From contig CAVNZM010000001.1 of assembly GCA_963693365.1 (NCBI GenBank), positions 19,104,125 to 19,168,124 of the forward strand: a DNA stretch of 64,000 bases. Direction: 5' to 3'. This DNA is from Amoebidium appalachense. Taxonomy: Eukaryota; Protista; Ichthyosporea. Every line of letters begins with the position of its first letter. Position 1 is the first letter of the stretch. Under the pieces are notes generated by a model. The model was not told the origin of the DNA. It saw only the letters and a list, made by a program, of their open reading frames with translations, and ran no database searches. A program made the translations under genes and the position numbers. Positions 1-21,685 of the stretch are shown piece after piece.

Positions 1-636
1 CCCCACCCCCCTTCCCTTTTTCTCCCCCTCTCCCCCCCTCGCCCCCTCCTCCCCTCCCCCTCCCCAGCCCACCACCCCCCGTCCTCCACCTCCTCCCCCT
101 TTCACCCCCCCCCCCCTTCTTTCACCCTTCCCCTGCCCCTTTCCTCTCAGCCACCAAGTAATAAAAAAAAGGTCTTCATCCCATGTCTAGCTGAGCAAGT
201 TTGTTGCCGTGTGTACATGCTTGTTCTCATTCTATTGCGTGCACTGAAGAGTGTGAACGATTATATCACGTGGAGTTTCCCGTGTGTGGATGTTGCCCTT
301 TTGAGTGCCCTCGGAGAGTGGAAAGGAAATGCGTGTGCCTGCGAAGCTACTGCTGGCTAACCATCTACGCACTCGTGGGCACTTCGCCGACGTAGCATGC
401 AGGAATCAAGCACTGTAAAGAGCAAACCTCCCATGCAAAATCCTGCACAGAAAAATCAGCTAAAGGAGCTTAACAGCACCCACCAGGAGAGGCCTCTTTG
501 TCATTTTGCCACCTAGCATAAACAGGCGCTGACTGTCGGGGGAGAGGGAATTCGAAGGTTTTGTCCGCTTTCAGCCTTGAACCGCTGTGGCGAAGTGAGC
601 GAATTCACGGTGCCTACTTACCTACTACTCAGTGGA

Positions 637-714
637 TGACGTCATTAGCACTTTCCTATTGGATCGGTAAGCATCATGTTTACAGTGATGACGTCATTAC
701 CTGCCATCAATTGG
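637..714 (+). promoter_or_regulatory. Duplicated CRE (TGACGTCA) + reverse CCAAT (ATTGG) promoter module
   Basis: Perfect TGACGTCA at 637-644 and 689-696. Each is followed after exactly 13 nt by ATTGG (658-662, 710-714). The module lies ~270 bp upstream of the ATG at 982. Confidence 0.55.
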
Positions 715-981
715 CTGTGCAAGCACCGTTTTTTCCAAGCCAAAGTGGCTCTCCTTGAACTTTCTGAGGACTCGGGTGACCCGAAGGTCGGAACTTGCTT
801 GGTTGAAACTCAGGTCAGGTCAGTCATAAGGCTTTGAGAAGTAGGCCTATGTACATGTCCGCGTGAAAGGGAGAAAGGAGAAAGGACCAAGAATAAAGCT
901 TCAAACGCATTGATTCGATACGATTAGTAGAACACGTAACTCCCGAAGGAACTGTTACTCAAGGCGAGTTTGGGTCTTACG

Positions 982-10566
<9,585 letters not shown>

Positions 10567-10652
10567 TATGTCGTATACGTACCCAACGATACCGAGCCTG
10601 CAATACATAGATCTTGAATCAAACTAACGGGGAAAGGGCGGGCGGGGCGGGG

Positions 10653-10687
<35 letters not shown>

Positions 10688-11004
10688 GGGGGGGGGGGGG
10701 GGGAAAGGGGGGGGGGGGAGCGAGGGACTAACGGGGAGGGGGGGGGGGATTGGGGGGGGAGGTTTCAACCCAGTTTGAAGTTGTGGTAAACTGTTATTGT
10801 GCATGTTAGGATTTTAATGATATGCAACCTGCTTAGAGCAAAAATCTTTTCGAAACTTGAGCGTGCCTTGGACGAGAGGCAGCCACACACCCACTTGACC
10901 ATGCTGTACATCATGATATGTATGATAATATATCATAGGGCCTACGAGCAGTAATATCAATATCACAGCGTCAAAATTATCACAGCGTCAAAGGTGTGTG
11001 TGTG

Positions 11005-11067
<63 letters not shown>

Positions 11068-11302
11068 CTGCGCGACTGTGTGTGTACGGTGTGTGTGTGT
11101 ACATGTAGTAGTGTGTGAACACGTGTGTTTGTGTCCAGACCGTGTACACGTGTGTGTGTATATACGACGTACTACTACTAGGACATGTGCACGTCGTGCA
11201 CGTTGTGTGCGTGTACGCGTCTGTGCATTGGTGGGTGCTCGCGCGCATGTATGTGTCACGTTTGTGCGCACATGTGAACCCTCCCCCCATATGGCCATAT
11301 CA

Positions 11303-11339
<37 letters not shown>

Positions 11340-11410
11340 CCGCCTCTCCCCCCCCCTCTCCCTCCAATCCAGCATGCAGCTAGCACACCCACATACACGC
11401 ATGTGCACGA

Positions 11411-11458
<48 letters not shown>

Positions 11459-11464
11459 TACACA

Positions 11465-11689
<225 letters not shown>

Positions 11690-11690
11690 A

Positions 11691-11742
<52 letters not shown>

Positions 11743-13401
11743 TGAACATATGTACACACAAACTCAGATCAGGCCACCCTCATATCCCACCATTTGGGTG
11801 GTGGCTGTCAGTAACCGCTTTTGCCGCCAAAAACGAATCGCAAACAAAAGCATTTGATTGGTGTTCCTTATCTATAGCTGCGCTGTGATTGATGGAATTG
11901 TCGGAGGCTTCATCTCAGATCATGAGCTGCTATGATCGCGATAGTGAAAAAAATCAACTATCCCTTGGTTCACCCAAAAAGCTTCATTGGTAATAACAAA
12001 CTCGTTCATATACATCTTGTTGGCTTTCGCATTTTTCATCCCCCACACGCCATACCGGTATAAAGTTACTATATCTGCAAAAGGCATTAATCAAGCTTAC
12101 CATTTTGACCCAATGGTTTGTCTATCAATTCTGTGGTCACTTATTGAGATATATGCATGATATATACGCAAATGTATTCCGAATATTCATTGTCCAAACA
12201 TTATGGGATAGTTCTAATGATAACGAGAGCTCCCGCCTCTGTCTGGCCCAGTCACCCCAGCCCGCTGACTCACTGAGCCTCAGTTTGAGGCTTTTGAGCT
12301 CCCAGAGCACGTAGGATAAGCAACATGAAATAATAACAAACTACACGTGGTTGTTTGCAAAACTTCTTGACGTGTTAGGTACTAGAGTGGAAGGCATATA
12401 GCTTTGCATGATATGTTATGATCAAAACAGATTGATTAGCAGGCTAGAAAGCGAAAGTGGCGTGGTATAGCTTCGTGGTACAAACATAATCGTTCGCAAT
12501 CGATTTCTGTTACCAAAGTGGGCGCCGTTTTGTTTCTGGGTGATGAAATAGTACAATAGCGTCAGGATTAAGCTAGAAGATAGGTTGTGTTCAGTCGTGT
12601 TCTTGTGCGCGGCTGCTGTACCTTCAACAGTCCTCGTTGGTTGATTTGAAGTTGCCAACGACGCTAACATCGATTACCGTACCTGCTCACTGCAAAATAG
12701 CTAACATTGCCGTTTGAAACGCGCGACCTTGGAGCATTTGGGCAGCAAAAGTAGATATAGCACACACAAAGTCTGAAATAGTTGTATGAACGCGTTTTTA
12801 CTTCCTGGGCCGTAGAGCTAAGGTACACGTGCAGAGTCTTCGAGGCTCTTCAAAACACAGAGACTTATCGGGGGGAAACAGCATAAAGGCTGCTGATGGT
12901 AAGTCACAGCACCACCAGCTGAAATATGAGAGTGCACTTAGCTCCATCATTGGTACAGAGAGAAGAAAACCCAGTGTCTTTCTTGCAACTGTATATGGTT
13001 TATGCCTTGTGTGCTCATTTGCAGGGGCGTACGGTGCAACCAATTCAGGTTGTTCGTTAAAGGTGAATTCAACTTGCGCATTACAGTCTTCCGTCTCCCT
13101 CGCCCTCCGTAATTCCGCTCACATCACACGCGCACGCGCAGACAAAACATTTTTTTGCACCCCAAACCAGTTCCATGACCAATAGACAATGTTCCCGTAC
13201 TTGCCACACTTTGCATGACTATCCACAGCTCTTTAAGTACCGGCCTGTGCATGCTCGTTCAGTGTCTTCCCCCCCCCCCCCCCCCTCCTCCTCCCCCCCC
13301 CACTCCCTGTCCATTGTGTTGTTCGCTTTGTGTAACCACTTATGACTACGCGCTTAGTACTCAGTCATATGCTAAACCCTCTGCTCCTCCTCCCTCCCTC
13401 C

Positions 13402-13464
<63 letters not shown>

Positions 13465-14201
13465 ACCACCACCATCATCCTCTCCTTCCCCATGGTGTAG
13501 GTTGTCCCTCCCTCCGCCCCTCCTGCTGTTATCTTAACCCCCCCCCCCCCCCCCCCCCCCACCCCCCCACCCTTCCCTCCCCCCGCCCGTATTTTCATTG
13601 CTTTGTAGCTTTAGTGGTCGTTTTTGGTACCACATCCTGAAGCTCCCCTTCCCAAGATTATGTTCTCTGCATCAATGTGACATATTAGTCTGTGTTGGTG
13701 TAGCTTTCGTTTGGTGACTGTACCTTTTTATCCGTGGCATGTCCACAGCATTCGTAATTCTAGTCTTTGTATTCAGGATAGTCCAGGATTCCCCTCCCCC
13801 ACCCCCCCCCCACCCCCCCAAACTTCCCCCCCCCCTCCCCTCCCACCCACCCCCTTTTCTCAAAAGGAAAACAAAAGGAACAAAGAAGTTAAGGGCATGT
13901 GGAGTTTTGTTTTGTTTCCTTCTCACGACGAAAGGAATAAGGCTAGGGCAGGAATCTGTCGGAGTCCAGTGGGAGCATATTTGTTCTATCTCTATCCATG
14001 TGTTATGCCTATTCTTTTCATACTGTTAAGCATGGTCATTGTGCCGTGGGTGCGATCATAGTGTGATCGTTTAAGGAAGGGACAGAGGCAAGCGTACCCC
14101 CCCTCCCCCCCCTCCTGCCCCTCTCCCACCTTATTTTCACCAATGTGTGCCACTTTTCTATGGACACCCCACGTAACTGACCAAACCTTTCTCAGCTGTG
14201 A

Positions 14202-14413
14202 ATGGAGGAACACGTGGAGGTGGGCACACGACTGCTGCCACAGAAGGCCATGGAAAGTGCCGGAACAATCGAGTTGAGGGTCGTCAGTGTGCAGGGGGAG
14301 GTGGGTGCCCACACGTGCACATGAACACGTGCACACATGCACAAATGCACACACCTAGACGGTCCCGTGTTTTAATGTTTTTCTCCCTTCCCATTTTAAT
14401 TTCTTGTTTTAAC

Positions 14414-14444
<31 letters not shown>

Positions 14445-15693
14445 ACCTGTGTTTTTTTCTGTTTTTTTCTGTGCTGCGTGGTCTCTTTTGTTGCCAGCGT
14501 GTTTGTGCCGTGTACTATCCCCCTCCCCCTCCCCCCACCCTCACCTCCCCTCCACACACAAATAAAATAAAATAAAATAAAAATCCCAATACCCCACACC
14601 ATCAACACTTACACACCCGTCCACCCATTCACTTTCGAACCCGCTGGAAGCTGCGCCAATGGTCATTGAATGTTTTCGTGGAGTCATGGGAGCAACCCTG
14701 CTGCGCTGTTCACGTGCATATATCTTACACACATGTGTGCTTTCAGTTTCTGACAACCCCCCCCCCCCCCCCCCCCCGGGCCCTGTACCCCCCCCCCCCC
14801 CCCCCTCCCCCCGGCGCACACACACGCACGCATGCAAGCACCCACACACACACACTTGCACACCAACCCCGTGTGTAACTGGGGCCATGCCTGATGGTGG
14901 GCATGTTGTATACCCTTTTTTCTCTAATTGAATTGTACGTCCCCCCCTTCCTCCCCTGCACACACACACACAAAACACCGCCACCACCACCATCCTCCCC
15001 ATGTCACGTACCTCATCACGGCATGTGCTTGCACTTATCCGGTGGCTGTAGTAGTCTACGCAGGTTCCGAAGGTTTTTGTAGCCTAGCCTCCCCCCCCCC
15101 CCCCCCCCCCCCTTGTCCTCCGCGTGCATGGGTTTCTGTATGCTGCCCCGTCTTCTTCGTTGTATGTTGTGTACTTCGTGCTCTGTAACATCCCCCCCCC
15201 CCCCCCCCCCCCCCCGAGTTTGTCTGTTACGTGTTTTCTCTTTGTCCTTCTAATCTTGCCTTGCTTTTGCCACCCACTTCTGCATCCCCCCCCCCCTCCC
15301 CCCTGCCCCGCCCTTTTCCCTTCCCCCCCCCCCCCCCCCCCCCCCTTTACGTAAGTGCACAGTGCTGATATGGTGCACACAGGAACCAACACCACAAGAT
15401 GGCCAACACACTTTGCGCAGTCTGGGGGAGAGTCTCTCGGATAGTATCACCGAACAGGGGAAGGTGTGTGTGTGTGTGTGCATGTGTGTGCACCATAAAG
15501 GTCTGTATCTATCTCCTGTGTGCGTGCTTTCGGGAGGGGGGAGGGGGTTGGGGGGGGGGGGGGGGGGGGGGGAGGGGGGGGGGGGGGGGATGGGGTCATG
15601 CAGGGGTCACGGGGATGGTGGGTGGGCAGGTGTGGTGGTGGTGGTGGTGATGGTGGTGGTTCGAGGGTGAGGCACGGGGGAAGGGAGGGGAGG

Positions 15694-15724
<31 letters not shown>

Positions 15725-16246
15725 AGGGGAGGGGGGGCTGGCTGACTGGCGGGGTTGAAATGAAGCTAAGGTGGCTCAGTTGGAATTTTGCCGTGGATGT
15801 GCGTGAGAGCCTGGTGTCCGTAAGGGTGGGAGGGGGAGGATAACTAGGAGGCGGAAATAGCTGTGTGTGCTTGCACCTGTTTTTCCCTCTGCCAATTGCT
15901 ACATTTCTTATGTATCGTTACCACTTCACACCCGAAGGGGGACCTGAGCGCAAGAGGATAGAAGATCTGCTTGCAGTTAGCTACCTGCATGCTACCCTCC
16001 CCCCCCCCCCCCCCTCCCCCCTCCCCCTCCCCCCCCCCCCTCCCCCCCCCCTCCCCTTTCCCCCGGGCTGGCACAAGAATGAGGCTTGATTTGGGTTCAT
16101 ACCCTTTGTGTGTGTTTTTGTGTCATACTATACCTTGCAACATTTTTGTTTGTGTGTCTCTATACGTCGTAAGGAGTATCATGTTCTGATCCCCCCCCCC
16201 CCCCCCCCCCTTCCCCACCTGCCTCACGGACCCCCGGCTCACGTGC

Positions 16247-16289
<43 letters not shown>

Positions 16290-17467
16290 CCCCTGCAGCG
16301 GCAGTCAGACACACCATCGGGGGAGGAAAAGGACCTGCCGATGCGGCGTGCACTCAGTTTCAGTGCACTTGCAGATCAGGATGTGACTAGGACCGCAGAG
16401 CAGGCACAGAAACCTCGCAGGAGGCACGAGAGAAAGGTGTGTGTGCCTGCCTGTGTGTGTGGGGGGGGTGTGGGTGTGTGCGCTCGTGTGTCCGCTGGTG
16501 GTTGGGGGTGGGTGGGGTGGGGAAAGTGGGAAGGAGGAGGTACGAATTATCATCACCGTAACTAAAGGGGGATGAGATATACACTGTGTCGTATGTCCAC
16601 ACCTGTATATGTATAAAAGAGTGAAGGCACTACGCGATATTGGTGCTTTTCGCGGCAAAAGGGGGCATGGAAAGTCGAAGGACATTTACGTGCAAGGGGA
16701 TGTAGGAAAGGGCCCTGTGTGTGTGGGTGGGTGGGTGGGTGGTTGGGTTTGGCAGGCAGGCGGGCGTGCATGTTTGTGTGGTTTGGTTTGTTTGTTCGCG
16801 TAGTGGAAGGTGTCATGGAGCACCTGCTGACGCGGTCCTCTTTTCTCCCTCCCTTTCCCGTTTGCCTCCATCTGTAGCCCTTCACTCATCTTGTGTCACT
16901 TCACTCTAGCCTCTGCACTCCCTAAGTTGCTTCATCCCCCTTCCCCCCCCCCCCCCCCCCTCCCCCCACAAAAAAAAAAAAAAACCCATCCCCCCACCCC
17001 CAACCCCATCCCACTCACCGACCCCCTCCCCGCCGACCGCACAGGCACGCACATGCAATCAAGCCCACACTCATCCACACTCACACACCCACCCACCCGC
17101 AGGTAAGCTGGGCACCAGACCTTGATGATCGCACACGGCTAAAACCGGAGGGAGACTTTGAGGATTTTCTGGACAATGCGCGAAAAGTTGTCAACAAGCA
17201 GAAGGTGAAACTTATGACGGCACACAATAAGGCACGTAGGCCCAGCCTGCAGGCAAACGAGAGATTCAACCAGTTTTACAGCAACAGCGGACACCAGAGC
17301 CACAGCTATATTCCTCAGTCAAGGTAGGGGCACAGGCGCACACATGCATACATGCACAAGAGCACATGCACACGCCTAGATGCACCTCACATGCGCACAC
17401 ACTCAACTACAGGTCCTTACGTGCGCACGGGTGCGTACACACACACACACACACACGCACACACACA

Positions 17468-17530
<63 letters not shown>

Positions 17531-18177
17531 ACAACGACACAAGCTTTGCGCAAGCACAATCATACACACGCACACACACACTTTCTCTCTCTCTTTCTCT
17601 TTCTCTCTCTCCTTCTTTGTGTGTGTGTGTGTGTGTGTGTGTGAGACATACACCGAGCACACAACACGCATGCATGCACGCGCACACACACACACGCACA
17701 CACACACACACAGATACAGATGTCTGGATTGGTTGGTTAGGTGTGCATGTGTGACAAGCAATGTGATTAGGGAAAAAGAGATTTCAAGACCGTCGATGTG
17801 TGCCCATGCACATTTCTCCCTCCCCTTCCTTTGCTTCCCCACTTTCTGCATTTTTCTCCCTCTGGTTGGACGTTGAGCAGGTTTGGGCATCAGGTGACGT
17901 CCACAACACATGTATTCGGTAGACCTACACTAGCGGCATTGAATAGGACAATGTTTTATAGGGCATATGCACCACATGCACAACACCGGCCTCTGGTTGG
18001 GTTCCACCTGTTCTATCTGCATCTGTGTGGTTGTGGTCTTCGAAGTTTATATTAGAACGTGCTGGGTCCCACCCTCTGATACTCATAATTCCCACCCCCC
18101 TCCCCCCCCCCCCCCCCTCTCCCAGTCGCCCCTTCCGTTCCGCCTTCCCCTCCGCCCAACCCACCCACCCACCACCA

Positions 18178-18271
<94 letters not shown>

Positions 18272-19505
18272 CCAAGACAAGTCTCTTGCTGCCTCTGTCA
18301 GTGCCTCGAGTGTTTTTTCCAACCAATCATCTTCGGCCCCCCTTCAGCCCTTCAGTGAAATTCTAATTCGGGACGCATCGGGTGCTTTGGCTGCCGCCCA
18401 ATTCAGTTCGTCTTTTTCCGTTTCCTCCACCCGTGCCGCAATTTATTCTAACAACGCAACAGGAAACACGTCGCCAAGTGGAACAATGATCACTATCGTG
18501 AATACTCAAAACAGCAACGGCGTAAGCGTGGGCAGCAGTGGCCGCAGGGTAAGCGTCGGCGGGGGCACCAACATAAATAACGCGCACGGAAATTCGGCCT
18601 CTGGGCCGCTAACTATGACGCACGCGGGCACTTCACTCCCTTCGCTTTATGGCCCAATCAGCATATCCGGTGCGATTTTGACGGTCCAGGGGGGTTCATC
18701 ATCAAGTGCACCCCCGTCACCAACATTTCCGCGAAAATCCAATAGGTTCCAGGTCAAAAGGGTAGATTCGGCCCCCGACGCACAACCACCGGAAACACAA
18801 CAAACACCACCGCAATCACAATCGCCACAGCAAGAAACAACGGCCGTGAAGCCAAGCAGTGTTAATTTGCAACAGGGGGGGTCCGATTTTTTGCCAAACC
18901 CCATATATGGCAAGCAGAAAGAGGGGCAAGAAGTGATAGATTCAATTGACCAAGACGCAAGTTCTGAGCTTTCTCTTCCCGCCCCCAACACCCTTAAGCC
19001 TGAAGTGCTTCAGGAGACAGCAGGATGCACCCCCCCACCCTCACGGCTTGCACGGAGGTTTAAGGTGGAGTTGGTAGACGAAAAGACACCCTGCACTCCT
19101 CCCCCTGCACCCCCCATGCCCCCTGCACACTCCCCACATACTCCTTCGATTATGCGATCGCCACCAACATCGTCAGTTCCGGCAGTCCGATCTCCCCTGG
19201 CCATCACTGGGTGGCAGGTGCATTCGATTACGTACCCGATTAAGGAGGCTGCGGGAGAATCGGAGATTGAAAATCCCCCAAACCGTGTGCCGGTGTTTAT
19301 TTTTTCGCACGGGCCAACTGTTTCATCGTTTTCGGCGCCGCTTGCAACCATTCGTAGCGGCGAGTCGGCCCACTTTGCAGGGTCACACTCAAATGGTCCA
19401 AATCCGGGAACTGGTAGCCCACCTACGGACAGAGGGGACGGGCGTGGTGTTACGAGCTCGAGTCCGCAAGCAAGACGGACGTTTAAGGTTTCTGTTGTTG
19501 AATGA
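14202..19505 (+). CDS. Low-complexity Ser/Pro-rich protein with PP1-docking (RKVSW), RFxV and PKA-type motifs (5 coding exons)
   Basis: In-frame exons 14202-14300, 15383-15463, 16290-16436, 17103-17323 and 18272-19505 (the last is the 3' part of ORF 17967-19505). Motifs RRALSF, RKVSWAPDL, RRPSL, RRVSV, RFQV, RFKV and C-terminal RRTFKVSVVE. The start codon is tentative, and an upstream exon ending ~12898 (gatg|gtaagt) is possible. Confidence 0.65.
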
Positions 19506-19893
19506 GGTGTTTGGATTGCTTTAAGTCTATTTTTGTGTATGGGGAGGGTGGGCAGGGTGCGCACCATAAAAAATCTAAAGAATGCTCAGTTTGTAGTAAT
19601 GTGCGGGCAGTGTAGACCATGTAGGGCTGTGCAGGGCACGGTGTTCTAGTGGCAAGAGCCTTGTTTGGGGCCTAGTTTGTGCTTTGATATGACGTGTGAG
19701 CCCTCATGTTACTGTTTGTTTCTGCTCAAACTGGAGTTGTGTTTCTATTTTCACGTTTGAATCTCGATCGAAGTTTTTCCCTCTACTTTTTGTGTGTTGG
19801 GTTGCAACTTGGCGAGCGTGGTGGTGCGTACCGGCACCGGCCTTATTTTTTAAAATTTGTTTTGCTTTATTTATTGCAAAATTAATTGTTTAT

Positions 19894-19927
<34 letters not shown>

Positions 19928-21685
19928 GTGTGTGTGTGTGGGGGGGGGGGGGGGGGGGGGGGGGGGGGAGGCAGCATTTAGAGGGGGTAGGAGGGCATTG
20001 TTGAAAAAGCTGGGATCATTCATATCGTATCACTCTTTAGTAATCAGTAATCAGTCGAATGACATCTAGGAAACCATGTACATGCACAACACAATACGTA
20101 TACAAGAATGTACATAGGTTTTGTGATAGGCAGTTAGTAATTTACTACCTGTCAATGGTTTTCTCATGATCAGCGATTCACAACTGCAGCCCGTTTCCGA
20201 GAGCTGCAAGAGAAATACAGACCATAGTATAATCGTCGAGTTATTCTTTGAAACTCGTCAGTCCATAATTTCTGTTAAAAGCAGTTGCACAATTTCCAAA
20301 AATTGTTTTCTGTTAAAAGCAGTTGCACAATTTCCAAAACCGTTTCAAAAAGGGAGACTGTATGCATATATACGTATACGTACCATGCGATCAATATACC
20401 AATTATAGACTTTACAGTATTAATTACAACACAAACTCCTGATCTGGCCCACTTCAGTCTAAAAACTCGATTGATGATGTTTCTTCTGGACTTCCATGGC
20501 CACCTGATAATGAGAGACTGTTTCACAGTTGGCTAGCCATATTCCTACTTTTTTTAATGTTTTATAGATATTTTGCATGGCAGATCTGCACGATGGCAAT
20601 CATGTGCACGATCATGGCAACCATGCATGCGATGAACGATGCCAATCATGATCATCAATTGAGATAATTAAGATTAAGATTAATGGCCTTATTTCCGAAG
20701 TTTCAAATAATAGAAAATAGACCCTACGTACCGTTAACCCTCGTGCGGGGTTTTTAAGAACATGCCCCAATCCCCCCCCCCTCCTCTCCCCGGGATCACC
20801 CCCAGTAATGGCCTATACTCAATGATATGATCATGACGTGACTTTGAAAGACTGTGGCACACACTTGGCAGTGCATCACCAGCAGGGATCATTCTCTTTC
20901 GCAAGTTAACGGGTGCGAGCAATCGTTTCAACGAGTAGAGTATCATATGATAGAGGGCCTTGGTTAGAGCACGACTTACTGCCTAAAATAATGTTTAGCA
21001 AGGATGGAGTTTTGAGATAAGTTCAATGTGTGTTATCCTTGTGGAAATGTGCGACCTTTAACGCAGAAACAGAGAGTCAAATTTATTGCACTCCCACACC
21101 CGCTAATAATTAGTACTGCATTCAGAGGGGAGTGTTTCCCCATGATCCATCTCCTGCAACGTAGTAGCTTGAATGATTAACGAACAGATGGCTGCAGAGG
21201 CAATATATTAATAACTAAACACGGTGCCATTCACAGAAGGTTGCAGATACTAAATTAAAAGAATTAAATGAACTGGTAACAAGATTATGAGGGTTCACAT
21301 GTGTTACCAACTATTGGGTGGGATTTGTTTGCCATACAGACGTGCCCGAACGTGCATTATGGAAAAACAGTCAAGCGTGGGGCAACTATATTAACGCTAA
21401 ATTAGAAAAGAAAAAGAAGAAGAAATACATACTTAAAAGTCTAACATGTAAGTTTGGCATGAGTGAATGAATACATAAGGAATCATAACACTATCAAAGT
21501 TTACAAATTTCGAATATCGAATATACTGATACTTTTACTCTGTCTCCAAAAGCTAAGAATGACTTGCACGCCAATGTCTGCATGCAGTGGACAAACTTTG
21601 GTTCCGGGGTACTCTTCAGTTACGATATACGAAACAATTCAACAAAACATATTTACAGTAATTCGGAATATTTCGTTTGGGCACT

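Noticed and set aside
1-400. Possible first exon of a divergent minus-strand gene (MLRRRSAHECVD|gttagc)
   Set aside because: Too short, no recognisable homology, and any further exons would be off-window.
12829-13185. 118-aa ORF
   Set aside because: No recognisable motif. The internal GTAAGT donor suggests at most a 5' exon of the downstream gene.
17967-18271. N-terminal part of the 512-aa ORF
   Set aside because: Intronic read-through (poly-C, (CA)n). The exon begins at 18272.
20734-20750. TTAA-CCCT piggyBac-like left end
   Set aside because: No matching AGGG-TTAA inverted end found.
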